Under the pieces are notes generated by a model, which searched no databases, was not told the origin of the DNA, and worked only from the letters and a program-made list of their open reading frames with translations. A stretch of 62,586 bases of DNA, the filler included, from Rhabdomonas costata (lineage: Eukaryota), in NCBI GenBank assembly GCA_019059605.1. It is 37 parts of 37 records of this genome, joined end to end, with 100 filler letters (N's around TTAATTAATTAA, not from the genome) between each part and the next. Parts side by side here need not be neighbours in the genome. Positions count along the whole stretch, not along the records: positions 11,863 to 13,457 come from JAHMHO010012378.1; positions 13,558 to 15,152 come from JAHMHO010012379.1; positions 15,253 to 16,847 come from JAHMHO010012380.1; positions 16,948 to 18,543 come from JAHMHO010012381.1; positions 18,644 to 20,238 come from JAHMHO010012382.1; positions 20,339 to 21,932 come from JAHMHO010012383.1; positions 22,033 to 23,627 come from JAHMHO010012384.1; positions 23,728 to 25,322 come from JAHMHO010012385.1; 29 more parts are not named here. The stretch is one strand, 5' to 3'. Below are positions 11,863 through 24,048 of the stretch, piece by piece; the first letter of the stretch is position 1; each line of letters starts with the position of its first letter. The position numbers and the translations under genes were made by a program.

Positions 11863-13062
11863 TGTTTTGGGTGCCGTGCCACTCGTAGGGGACCTGCGCC
11901 CGCTCCACTTTTGCCCCAATCGCGGAGCTTGTGGTCTGAGCCGAGGGCGAGGGCGGAAGCGCGGTGTGTGTGTCTGTGTGTGGAGGGGAACGTACCGGGG
12001 CGAGAGAGAGAGTGTGTGTGTGCGTGTGTGTGTTGGAGAGGGAGTGTGTGTCCTGGTGTTGGTTCTGATGACCAATACTCATGCAGGTGGCTAGGCTCAC
12101 CTACCGCGTAATTTTGGGATACTTCCTCCCCCTGCACGAAAAGTTCCTCTGGTAGTGGTTCTTGTAATAGCCGTTGGAGTGGGAAGGCTACTTCCTGTGT
12201 CTTGTGCCTAAAATTTTATAAGCAGCTCCGATCCCTTCTGGCACCAACCCTTTGCTTCTGAGAAGAGTGTCACGTGTTCTGCTATCTCTTTCTGTACGTC
12301 TTTCAGCGCTAATAGAGAATCATTTTTGTGCCATTTTTGTGAAAGTAAGAATGCCACCTTATGCCTTTTTTCCTCTCCCCCGTCACCTCTAAGGGGGTGG
12401 AGAGGCTCCATTCGCTTTCCCGAGCTTGTACCACCCCATTTCTCATCGTCCCTTTAACACGTTGTGTGTGTGTTTCACGTCAAACCCTCAGGGAAAGAAA
12501 TGGCACAAGAGAATGGGTGAGATAAGAAATCCACCTGAAGGGCCACTGCCAGGGCGTCAGGGGGTGCAAGGACAGCCTCGTTTGTACAGTCAAAAATGAA
12601 GACCCGAGGAGCTTTGACTTCAGCCCCCAGGAGAAAAAATGCCCTTTTGGGAACGAATCCTAACCCTTTCATTTCTCACATCTGCTCTCAGCCCCTCCCA
12701 CACTTTCAGTAATTCTTGCTGTGCTTCCCGAACGATAGCCCTATCGCTAAGGATGAACGCATGTTGACAGGGCTAAGATGTTCTTCTTCTTCTTTCTCGA
12801 CGGTAACCACTTCTTCCCCTCATTCCCGCCACAGCAAGTTGAGCCCCGTGTGATGAGTTGGCCTACATAGCGGATGATGACGTGCCTTGTAGGTGGGATG
12901 GACAGGCTTCTTCGTGGCCTCGGGCAGGGGAGGGAGATCCTCGGGGCGCATCAGGGCCAGGTTCACCGTGGAGCGCGCCGGGAAGTGCCCCTTGCCCTTG
13001 CCCCCGCCCAGCACGCTGGCCCCAGAGGTGTCGTCAGCACGGGTCCGAACAGGCAGCGACAT
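11863..13062 (-). CDS. PIERCE1/2-like (DUF4490) axonemal microtubule inner protein, 5' part
   Basis: Exon 13062-12886 ends ...KKPVHPTYK and exon 11935-11863 reads TTSSAIGAKVERAQVPYEWHGTQN. Joined, they resemble the PIERCE motif HPxYxTTxxxxG...PxxxHxxxNxF. This requires a 950-nt GC-AG intron. Confidence 0.6.
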
Positions 13063-13998
13063 TGGGTCGAGCGAGCGAGCGAGAGAGAGAGAGGCGATGA
13101 AGGAAGAGGAAAGTGAGCCCTAGAAATGAAAAGGGAAGAAGAGGGAACGAGATGCCGAGGGAGTGCGAAGAATCGGAATGAGGCTGCTGCTGAAATAAGA
13201 CCCCGAAAGCAGGAGAGAAGGACCGTGTCTGCAACCCTCCAAGCAATGTGAGTACGTAAACACTTCATTATGGCAATAATTCTTCAAAAGAACGAATACA
13301 GCCAAAAGCGGGCTTTCTGCTAAAGAGCCTTTCCATCTTTCATCCCTTCCGATAAAATACCGGTAGGACGTAAACATAAGGAGGGGAGCTGGTGTCAGGA
13401 AAACTGCTTGACAGACATGCGACCATTGCAAAAATCCTCCATGATACAGAGAGTCTGNNNNNNNNNNNNNNNNNNNNNNNNNNNNNNNNNNNNNNNNNNN
13501 NTTAATTAATTAANNNNNNNNNNNNNNNNNNNNNNNNNNNNNNNNNNNNNNNNNNNNGGGGGTGTGTCTTGTGTGGGATGTGTGAGGGACGGACCGTGGA
13601 GGGACCGGCCACGTTTCGGGCAGTCTACCATTTCATGCCCACAGAACCCCAGCTGTGCTTCGGCTTTGCTCTCAGGGAGACGCAATTACTTGGCTTCAAC
13701 AGTGGTTTGACTTGAATCAATTCCACACTCGTGGACAAGATCCGGACAAGGAAACTCCTCTTCCCACATTCAGAGCACGGCACTGTTTTCTTTGCCCCCG
13801 CTGACTGCTCTCAAACCATTTTCGACGACTGTGGATTTGGACATTGTGAGGGTTTTGCTCCCCTAATTCTTAATCTACAAATCACTGTGAATTAAGTGAT
13901 GACAGCGCAGCGTGAATGCAGTTGTGCATAAGATGTTCAAACCACCGTGAACATGCACTGTCTTCCACGTCTTTCCTTTCCTTCTTTCCCCTTCCCAG

Positions 13999-14690
13999 CT
14001 GGCGCAGTGGTACCATCGCTACCTCACCATTGTGCAAGACAGCGTGAACTCCAACCACGGCATGGTGGACAAGGTGATGGGGGACCGCGTGGTGTGCCTG
14101 TGGAACCTCCCGCGGCGGTGCGCGCGTGCGGAGTACTTCGCGGTGAGAGCTGGGCTGGCGGTGGCGAAGCGGTGGGCTGAAACCACCGCTGATCTCTCCC
14201 CCTCGGCCGCTTCCACAGGTTTCCTTGCTGGCGAACTTTACGCTGCCCTATGATTTCGATGCCCTTTCGGTTCTCGAAGCGCAAACCGTCGCCGGGATGT
14301 GGTTGAGGGGTGTTACCCAGTGTTTTTTTTCTCACCGCCTGCCCATGCTGAAACACGGCTTTCTTTCTGTTCGCTCTTGATTTAGTCTTTGCCTTGGGCT
14401 TCGCGGGCGTTTGTTAGTGGTTGTTTTAGAGACGCTTTGCTATGCTGTGGTACCCGCTGAATGCACATTTTCCTTTGTTTTTTTGGGGGGAGTCCGGTTG
14501 GATTCTTTGCTGTGGATTTTTAGACGCCGTGGCGTTTCTGCTTCTGGGGTTTGAGCGGGCTTCGTTCTGCGTGCACACAGATGATGTGAGCGGCGCCCCA
14601 CTGGGTGCGGTGGCAGCGGTGTTGAAGGTTCGGATCGGGATTGCCAGCTCCATGGTGACCTTCGGCAACTTCGGCAGCGACACCATGAAA
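13999..14690 (+). CDS. Class III nucleotide (adenylate) cyclase catalytic domain, internal exons
   Basis: Exons 13999-14218 and 14581-14690 (phase-1 GT-AG intron). HGMVDKVMGDRVVCLWNLP matches G.VDKFIGD.VMA.WNAP, and LKVRIGIASSMVTFGNFGS matches RIGI..G....GN.GS. Confidence 0.88.
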
Positions 14691-15252
14691 GTGTCCACAG
14701 AAGCTCTTTGTTTCTTTTTCCCTGACATTCATTCCTACGCAACACTTCCAAGTTTCATGTTCATGGGTTCCTATGCCCTATACCCAAAGCTGAATGGTGA
14801 TGTGGGAGCCAAGCATATAGGAACAGCCCGTCTTTTGCTCAATGGGGTTTGGAAGGAGGAGAAATTTTACCTTACAGATTTCAGATAGGGATATGACGCA
14901 AAGCTAAGAAATAATGAACCTCGCCTAGAAATGGGAATTCGGGTCACCTGCAGCTCAACACCCCCCCCCTCCTTATCGGCGGCCTAGCGAATGGAGGGCA
15001 CGCGAAAACAATTGATTGGCTCTGGAAACCGATGTCACTGAGCTCATTTAAGCCCAAGTGCCACTACAAATAAAAGGAAATTTCGTGGTGGGTGCGCGCG
15101 CGCGTGTCCGCACATCAACTCCACTTCCGAAGTTCAAGTCTTTCATGGCACGNNNNNNNNNNNNNNNNNNNNNNNNNNNNNNNNNNNNNNNNNNNNTTAA
15201 TTAATTAANNNNNNNNNNNNNNNNNNNNNNNNNNNNNNNNNNNNNNNNNNNN

Positions 15253-16416
15253 TGTTGGGTTGTAGCCGGGGCTTCTCCAGTACACCGTCATGCACCGACG
15301 CAGGACAAACCACATCTGCGCACAGCAAAAAGCGAACGGTGCGAAGCAAAACGAGAAGCGACGAAAAGGATGAAAAAAGTTACACAGCAGGCAAAAGGTG
15401 GGCGGACAAAGCGTTCAACCCAACAACGCCGAACCCCATCATCGCTCAAAGCAGGCCAAGAGCCAGTTGCCGCCTTACGGCGTGAGTTAGTGTTTTGTAA
15501 TTACGTTGTGGGTGCTGTCATTAACCTCCGCTGCGTGGGGCAAGAAGCGGCGCTATAGGAATACGATAGAGCCGCCAGGGTTCATTACAACCACCCGAGG
15601 GTGAAAGGTCGCGAAACGCCTGATCGGCCACGCAGCGCTTCGGGAGGCCTGCTGTATATACAAAAGTCACCATGCCTTGCTTTGACTTCGCCTTCTAGAA
15701 TGTTCAAATCGAAATCAAAGCAAAAAAAAAAAAGGCGGAGTGCACTCAAATTCCAAGTCACGTCTCCTTTGATGCGCTCCCGAGGAAATATTACACTCGG
15801 CACAGAGAGAAAAAAACCTGTGTTGCGTACGAGGCTGCGTAGCATGGGGTCGCGGTGGGGCTCGCGGTCTTGCTGACTGTCCCTCGCTGACCCCGGCCAG
15901 CAGTTGGACAGGGATTTCCAATGAGACCCTCCATCTCCTGTAGCATCTCCTCCCTCAAGAAATGGGCCTCGAAGGCGGAGACCAGCAGCTCTTCACGGTC
16001 TTCCTTCCTACCCGTGATTCCTGATTCGAGATGCAGCATAGAATTTGTGAAGCTGAAGCACATGGCAGAGATATGAAGAGACGAAGGACAGCAATCACCA
16101 AACGGCCCTTCGTCGTTTTCATGTTCGCCGGGGTTCAACGAAATGAAGTACACAGAAAGTCTTTTGTAAGCTGCTGCTAGGTGGGTAGGTGGTCTTCCCT
16201 AGAAGTCACGCCCACGGTTGGGTGGAGTTTCCGACCTCCGACGCTCTCCTCCATCATCCACGTCGCAGGGTTCATTCCGGGCTGCAGCGGGGTGATCCCC
16301 GGGATGGCCTCGAAGTACCGCGTCACCAGAAGGCTCTCCGCGCCCACCGGGCCGAAGTAGATCTGCTTCCCACTGTGGTTCAGCAGCAGCAGGTTGTCAA
16401 ACATCGCAAACAGCTC
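15253..16416 (-). CDS. Full-size ABCG/PDR-type transporter, end of NBD2 to start of TMD2
   Basis: Exons 16416-16236 (ELFAMFDNLLLL...GKQIYFGPVG...YFEAIPG...GMNPATWMME), 16020-15818 (...YAASYATQ) and 15315 to contig start (MWFVLRRCMTVYWRSPGYN). GT-AG introns with consistent phases. Confidence 0.93.
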
Positions 16417-16954
16417 CTGAGCGACCCCCACACACAATACTTATGCAAGGAAGGAAAACGGAGCCGGTACCCGGTGGAAAAAAGTTGCGTAAAAGAGGCC
16501 CAGCACCAGTTTCCTCTAGAAATTTTGTTTAAAAGAATTCCTAATTTCTTCCGTGTCTCTCTCTCTCTCTCGAAACTTCCGCAATTATCAAAATGACCCC
16601 GCTAAGGATATCAGGCTCAAAAAAAAAAACAGAGCAATCGTGCCGAAATCGACATTGGGCCGAATTAGCTGCAGGTCCAGGAATTTCAGTAAGGTGATTG
16701 TCGGATTCCTAGCTGAACCCTGTTCCTGCATTTGGAACGCTAGGTGAACAGTGAGCCGGTACCCCTCGGCACTATTCGGTCCGAAGGCACCTCTCGCAAG
16801 TACCCATGGCCACGAGTGCACCCGTCATTCCACAGTGGTCACAAAAANNNNNNNNNNNNNNNNNNNNNNNNNNNNNNNNNNNNNNNNNNNNTTAATTAAT
16901 TAANNNNNNNNNNNNNNNNNNNNNNNNNNNNNNNNNNNNNNNNNNNNGGTGTGG

Positions 16955-17016
16955 TGTCAGTTGGATTTTGTGCTTTGATTTATTTTAAAAAACCAAAGCA
17001 CAAAATCCAACTGACA
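16955..17016. repeat. 23-bp perfect inverted repeat at contig start
   Basis: TGTCAGTTGGATTTTGTGCTTTG at 16955-16977 and its reverse complement at 16994-17016. Confidence 0.9.
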
Positions 17017-17232
17017 GCACAGACCAACATTGAACAGCACCCTCGAAATTAGAAAAATAGCGCGAGGAGGGTGAAAATCCTGAGGCACTTTGTACAAAAT
17101 CATCAATGGTGATTGTGGTCAGACTTGTGGTCTCGACTTTCAATTGGCTGAGGTTTCTTCCACCGCGCTTTTTCGCGTTGGTTTAAGTAAGAGTTTATCA
17201 GAGCTGGGGCGGAAAGGCAATGGCACACGGAC

Positions 17233-17965
17233 CAAAAAGAAGATCAGCAGCGCAAAAAGGGTGCCGATGGGGACGTGCACCAGAGGGCCGCATAGGCTGA
17301 TCCGTATTTGGTCACAGGGTTGGCCAAGGTGCCTTTGAAAAAGGAGACGGTGAGGGTAAAATCAAAGGCAGCGTCGGGATATCCTCACCGACGACTCACA
17401 ACTGCAGTGAAACCAAGTCACACGAGGCCACAGCCCGAGGGGAAACCAATTGTCTCATAACAGGAACCTGTTTTAAAAAGTACACCGCAAAGTCGATTTT
17501 GATAACCCAGTCATGCATACAGTAGCCACCCCAACCGAAGTACAAACGCAATTTGGGCCTTTAGACCGTGCGTGACATCGGGATAAGAAGTGGTCCTGAT
17601 AGTATGGTTGTTATCTTATCCTATCTCTGGTTGTACCTCCAGTTATGGCATCCTGAGGGCCCGTTTTGGCTTTGTTGGTCTTCCCTAATCACAAAAACCG
17701 GTATTCATGTTTGGTGGTACATCGAACAACACCAGGAGCAGAAGAATGCGAGTGGAGCTTAGGTGGGACGAAAAGACGCGCTCCAGCGGACCGGCAAATG
17801 GCGAAGCCCCCGAGAGGCCACACGACGATCTCGGGGACCACCCCGCCGACGGCCTTGGTGGCGTAGGCGTGGCCCAGCTCGTGCGCCAGCGTGCTGAGCA
17901 CCAGCACCGTCATCTGCACACAGCTGTACATTAGCCAGAAGTCCCGCGGGTCCTGAAGGACGTAC
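17233..17965 (-). CDS. Peptidase M50 (site-2 protease family) internal exons
   Basis: Exon 17965-17792 has STLAHELGHAYAT (HExxH) and WPLGGFA. Exon 17332-17233 has IRISLCGPLVH (ISLAGP motif). A phase-2 GT-AG intron joins them. Confidence 0.9.
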
Positions 17966-18370
17966 CTGGACCCCCACACCACAACCATAGTAGCTTACGT
18001 AGCAGATATAGTTGAGCCTGAAGTCTGGAAAATTGGGCAGACAAAAATGGCGCACAGCAGAGAAATTTTCGAAAATTATTTTCGAAAGACTGCCGCAGCA
18101 CAAGCCACGCATCCGCCAAGAAAAAGGCAGCTGATGTCACCTCTGAAGTATAAAAATGATGATCGGTTCTAAAATGGTATAATGCATCCACTTGCGAGCT
18201 GGTGACCACAGGGTCTCCGTAGCAGATTTCAGTACGACACAACCTCAGAAAATGGACCCAAGTTTACAATTTAGATTCTGTCAAAGCCCAATCACCTGGT
18301 GTTCACCACATCTCCTTCTCCCCAGCACACAAAAACGGGGGCACAGAAATTTAAATACCAGTGAAAGAAA

Positions 18371-18424
18371 ACAAGCACAAGCACAAGCACAAGCACAAGC
18401 ACAAGCACAAGCACAAGCACAAGC
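18371..18424. repeat. (ACAAGC)9 microsatellite
   Basis: Nine perfect hexamer units. Confidence 0.95.
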
Positions 18425-21400
18425 CAATTGAGCCACAGACCATGTGTCTGCCTGCCGCCCCTCTTTGCCAACGCACACCTCTTTTTATTTTCGCTTGCTC
18501 GCTCACTCTCTTCCTCTGCTCCGTTGCATGCACCCCCACCCACNNNNNNNNNNNNNNNNNNNNNNNNNNNNNNNNNNNNNNNNNNNNTTAATTAATTAAN
18601 NNNNNNNNNNNNNNNNNNNNNNNNNNNNNNNNNNNNNNNNNNNGTGTGACGGGAGTGAGAGAATGAGGTAGCGCCAGAACAGATGGGGAAGAGGGTTGAA
18701 GATGAGGGTAATGAGAGAAAGCATATGCGGGATTAGAAGCGGAGGGAGGGAGAGCGAGCTGCATTTGTAGGCCATGAGCAAGACACAGACGCGAGTTGCG
18801 ACGAGGGAGACGCACGCGTGCCCAGACCCGACCGGAAACTCTCCTTGTGAGGACTCTGTTGTAAGCTGCCTCGGTGTATACAAAAACGTGAGACAGGCCA
18901 GAGAGAGCAGTTTGGCGGAGACAGCAGAAGAAGCTGTAGAGCTCTGCTGTAGAGCTTTGGTGGGATTCCACCCAAGGGGGTGCCTGCACAGCCATAGGAG
19001 AGGGGCCGCACACAGGCAGCGAAGAAGCCTGATTCATTGGCAGGGGGCAGCATCACAGAACGTAACGGGCTTGCTTACGGGAGGGGAAGCACGCGACAGA
19101 ATAGAGGTCCCACAGCGGAGAGGCATGCGATGAGAAGAGAGTACCAAATCCGGCAGGAAGGAGAGCCTGACTGGAGAAGGGAGGCGAGAAATGGCGCAGA
19201 AGGAGAACATGGGGCAAGGAGCCATTGCAAGAACGAGGAGGTGTTGCACAGTCGGGCGGAGAGGCGATGACAACGAAGAAACCAAAGATTTTAAAGAGCC
19301 ATGGCAATACGAGAGGGATTGTTCGAGAGTCCCATGGTGGATGCGCTTGCCAAGCGAATCCACCAATGATAATGATGGACTGCATAGGAACGTACGGAGA
19401 GCTTCAGAAAAGGAGAGGGGCCAGGGGAGGGCAAGCGCGCGAGAGTTTTGTGCAAGGAAAGGAGACCAGGATCCAAATGGAAGTCGACGACAGTCAAAGG
19501 TGCGGCTCCCAGCCCATAGAACACAACAACCACACCAGGTAAGGAAGGCGCAGAGACCAAAAAACTTGGACATCCTACTTAGTAAAGCGTAGCGGGAAGC
19601 ACGCGGAGAAGCAGGCCGAAAGATGCCCACAGTTCAGCGGCACGGCTGCGCTTCGGACGGGGCCCAGGACCTGGCAGAGGCTCTCCGGGGGGGCACCCGC
19701 CCGCGGGATCCCAAATGACCATAGCGACGAGAAAAAGACAAAAAGACAAAATGTCGATACCGAACGTAGCCACGCTATTATTTCGTTATTTTGACCTCCC
19801 TATCACCCGGGAGGGGGGGAGGGACGGACCAGAAGGCAGCAGATGCTTCACCTTCTGCTGCTCCCGGCGCTCTGCCGCCAAGCCACAGTCGTGAGTGAAG
19901 TCACCTGAACAATATGAAAATTAGGAAAATTAGACATTCTCATTCCCTTTTCCACCGATGTTCCGGACAATACCCAGCACTACTACCACATCCCGCGTGG
20001 GTTCATGTCCACCACTGGTCGGGGTGTCACCTCCAGCCACTACTAACGTATGAAGTATGAAAATCAGGGGTTGAGTTTTGTGCCACATAGCCTCACCGTG
20101 GACAATTCTCGAACCATGCAATCGTTTTTGAAATTCTTCTCCTACTTTCTCGTTCACCCTTTGTTTTTTTAATGTTCCTCCTCCTCCTATCTGTTTCGTG
20201 TTCCTTCTTGTAAATGTTTCGCTGTTGCAACCAAACCCNNNNNNNNNNNNNNNNNNNNNNNNNNNNNNNNNNNNNNNNNNNNTTAATTAATTAANNNNNN
20301 NNNNNNNNNNNNNNNNNNNNNNNNNNNNNNNNNNNNNNGTTTTTGGGGAGGGACTTTTTTGATCCCAACTAATGACAGCTACTAATTCACATTTGTTACT
20401 TGTTCACAAGGGAAGGTGCGCCATCCCGTACTGCCCTCAATTGTTGGCTCACCGTCCGCCTCCAGTTGATCTGTTGAGCCTTGACAAACGTTTCCTGTGA
20501 ATGCAGCGCACGCTGAAAATTATGTACTTGACGGGATACGCAGGAGGAGACCAAGCGCTTCAAAATCAAGCCTTGAAACCATCTATTCATTCCCAAAAGC
20601 TTACCGCTTTGTGCACTGTTAAAGGGTCTTCGAAGGAGTTTTTTTTGTCCGAGCGTACCCGAGCGTGTTTGCGGGAAATGTGAAATATACCCTGTGTTTG
20701 GTGTGCACACGTGGACGAGCACTTAACAGAGCGCAGTGTATATAACTGTTGATGGAGAATGTTTGCAACATTCCCAGTCGACCTTTGCTGGAAGCATCAA
20801 GTGTTCAAGATAAATTGTACTTTCTATAGGTATTTCATCACAAGCACCCTCCTTCTCAGGTTTCCTTCCTTCCTTCCGCGTACTGGCATCCAGCGTCATG
20901 CTAATTTGGGGGTATGAAACATGAAAAAGCCCCTTCCTCTGCTATCCTTTCTGTCCTCTACTTCCGCCTGCCCCGTATCTGCTGATTCGAATCCACATTA
21001 TGGTTCAGCAGAACACACACGAGCTTCACATGACCTCAAGGGAGAAAGCCCCTACCACCACACCACACCCACAGGCACCCACTGACAACCTATCTCGGGT
21101 GTAGGCATGTAGGCGGAGCGTCCCGAGAAGACTGACGCCTCCAGCAATCCGAGGTCCGACTTCATTCCTCTAAACGTGGGCTGGTCATGGAACATGCATG
21201 ACGCAACCTTTTTTTGGTTGAGTTACTTCCTTCTTGAATTGGTGGTTGGGTGTACTTTTTTTCGCAATGATGACAGCGAATCGCAGTGCTCCCCTGGTTT
21301 CTCCACTGGAAGTGTCGCTCCTGTTTCTGTTTCACAGTCCTTTGTTGTTTTTGATTTATGCCGTGGATTTATCACTGCATCCCCTTTTTATTGCTTGTTG

Positions 21401-21720
21401 TGCCTTGCCGTGCTTTTTTATCTTTGCCCGTTTGCACCCCACCCCTGTGACAGTTCGTATGTCTCCAGGCGTCGCGTAGGCGCCTGCTTTTTCCGCTTGT
21501 TTTGGGAGGCCTCACCAACGGTGAGAGCTCCCCCCCCCCGTTTCCCCTCCCTTGTGGGCCTTGTCTTTCATTTTTTAGGCTTCCCCCGTGAAGTACATTC
21601 CGGGGCTTTTTCCTCTGAGGCCTTGCCGGTTCTGTTCCAGTGTGTGTTGCTTCGTGTCCTGAAAAATTCCTCTTGCAAGGCCCCCTCCGGGAGGTGGGCT
21701 GATGTCCTTCCCCATCACAG

Positions 21721-21932
21721 TGCAGCGTCCGGGGCAAGTCTCGCAGAGCCCCCCGGACAGCTGCGACACAGTGATGCCGCTGGGGGGCGGCTCCTCCTCC
21801 AAGATGACCCCAGACCCGGTCGCCGCAGCACCCTCCGCCTTTGCTCTGATTGAGCAGCACCGGAGGGGGAGGATAATCACTCTCGCCCAGGCCTCAGTGC
21901 TGGGCGCGATGGCCGTGGTACTGTTCGTGATG
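21721..21932 (+). CDS. Exon of an unknown membrane protein (3' truncated)
   Basis: CAG acceptor at 21720. The GC-rich open frame ends in the hydrophobic segment IITLAQASVLGAMAVVLFVM at the contig edge. Confidence 0.5.
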
Positions 21933-22256
21933 NNNNNNNNNNNNNNNNNNNNNNNNNNNNNNNNNNNNNNNNNNNNTTAATTAATTAANNNNNNNNNNNN
22001 NNNNNNNNNNNNNNNNNNNNNNNNNNNNNNNNGGTTGGTTTGCTCAACTTATCAATGTTTGGGTTTAAGTGGCCTCATGCCTTTCACCTGCCAGCAAAAA
22101 CCTTGTAGGTGCGATGGTCAAACCCTCCAATGGATGGATGGGGTCAATGCAAGAGTAAACCACGAGTCCCATTGCGCTTTGTTCAGTTATGTACGTTTCG
22201 GGCTAGCGTTCACGATTCGTTTCCATGAGTGTATGTGGGTGTTGTTGGGATTCAAG

Positions 22257-23017
22257 CCTTGATGGGGGTAACGTCCTGGACAACCCCCTGCGCAACGGGG
22301 TACTGCTGTGCACTGTGGTCAACGCCCTGGAGACTGCGCAGCGGGAAAACCCCATCCCGTCTGTCCCCGGTAATCCCTTCCTCAGCAGTGGCAGTAGCAG
22401 CAGTAGCAGTAACACCCCGCGCTGCGGCCCAGAGGCTTGTGGCACCCCGCCGGTGGGCCCAGTGGCGGGGCCCGCGGAGAATCTCAGCCTGATCTCGGCG
22501 GGCAGCGGTAGCGGGGTGAGCGGGTGCTCGGTTCGGCCCTCGGTGGCCTATCACCGCCGAGTGAGAGCGCTTCCTCAGGCACGGGAGAACCTTAGGGCTG
22601 CGGTCGCAGCTCTGCGGGTGAGCCTCTCCCCCAATCAGGCCTCGTGCCTCTTTTTTCGTTTAGTCTGGTCTTCAGGCGGTGCAAAACAATTTGCTTTGAA
22701 CGTCAGCTCGTTGAAAGTGCCCTACTTCGTTGAAAGCATTTCCTCTGGTCTCACCTCAGTTGGCGTCCGTGGGATGGTGTGCTGTTCAGGGTACGACTGT
22801 TCCGGAGGCCCTTCTGGACTCCTCCGAGGAGGTCCTGAAGGGCGATCCCGCCGTGGTTTGGGGGCTGCTGTACCATGTGATCCAGGCCTACCCCACCCCT
22901 CCTCCGGAGATGCAGTTGTCGTACATGGACCCGCTGTCTCGGCTGCAGGGCTACACCCCGCACCTGATGCACGCCTTGGAGCAGGACCTGCTGCGGTGGA
23001 TCACCGAGATGGGCGTG
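22257..23017 (+). CDS. Calponin-homology (CH) domain protein, internal exons
   Basis: Exons 22257-22617 (LRNGVLLCTVVNAL...ARENLRAAVAALR) and 22790-23017 (SEEVLKGDPAVVWGLLYHVIQAY...LEQDLLRWI) carry CH signatures with a Ser/Pro-rich insertion. Confidence 0.8.
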
Positions 23018-23735
23018 GTGTGTGTATGTGGGGAGGGGGGCTGTCCTGAAATGCCCCCTGTCCGGTGTATACGCTGATACTTTCCTCTGCGCTTTGGCAT
23101 TTTTTCTCTCTGAGAACCCGTACGTCAGCAACTTCTTATATATATTTTTTTGGCAGCGTTTGTTTGTTGTTATGCAGGTTTTTTCTGTTTTGGTATCGGT
23201 TACCCTGATGAGGATAGTTTGTCTTGATTGTTTTGGTTCGGTTCCCTTTCTTTAAGAGGGATTCGAAAGTTGCATGTTAACGGAAGACAGTAAGTAATCT
23301 TGATTACACCAAGTAGGACGAACCCGCGTGGTCTCGGTATAGCTCGCTTTCCACCCTGTCTTTCGACGCCTCCAGCATGTTTTCCACTTACCTTGCCCCT
23401 CGCCCCACTTTTGTGCCCTGCTGCACGGAGTGCAATATAGCGGGTGCAAGGCACCTGGTCTATGCGTGTTTTCCTTTTTACCACAGTGCAGTGACTATAT
23501 TTTTTGATATGCGCATTAAAAATCTGCTGACATGCTGCTGATTCTGCTGACATGTCTCCGCCTTATGGTTATTTTGTTTTGAACGGCAGTGGCATGAATT
23601 CCTGCCGTGAAGGCGTCCTTTCCTGCTNNNNNNNNNNNNNNNNNNNNNNNNNNNNNNNNNNNNNNNNNNNNTTAATTAATTAANNNNNNNNNNNNNNNNN
23701 NNNNNNNNNNNNNNNNNNNNNNNNNNNTGTTGTTG

Positions 23736-23774
23736 TGTTCACAGCTTTCCCTTCGAAGAGGAAAGCTGTGAACA
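23736..23774. repeat. Short hairpin at contig start
   Basis: 15-bp arms TGTTCACAGCTTTCC and GGAAAGCTGTGAACA around CTTCGAAGA. Confidence 0.85.
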
Positions 23775-24048
23775 AAGCAACAGCAGTCAGCAGTCAATTG
23801 CAGGAAACACGACTCACAGGCGTGCGCAGCAACCAAACTACATCACCCAGCCACTTGAAACCATAAACTTTTTGAAATGTGCCACCGTCGAGGGGCCACC
23901 GTCGATCCTCTCCCGCCCGCAGCCCACCTTTAACTCAGCGCGAACGCGAGCCCAACAACAATGCGAGGAGGTGGAAGTCCACTGCCATTGATGTCAGGTC
24001 CATCAGCCCATTAACCCAACATAAGCAACTGAACAGGCAGCTACATAC

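Noticed and set aside
18281-18591. ORFs with HKHKHK, QAQAQA, CACACA or VLVLVL runs
   Set aside because: These are translations of the perfect (ACAAGC)9 microsatellite.
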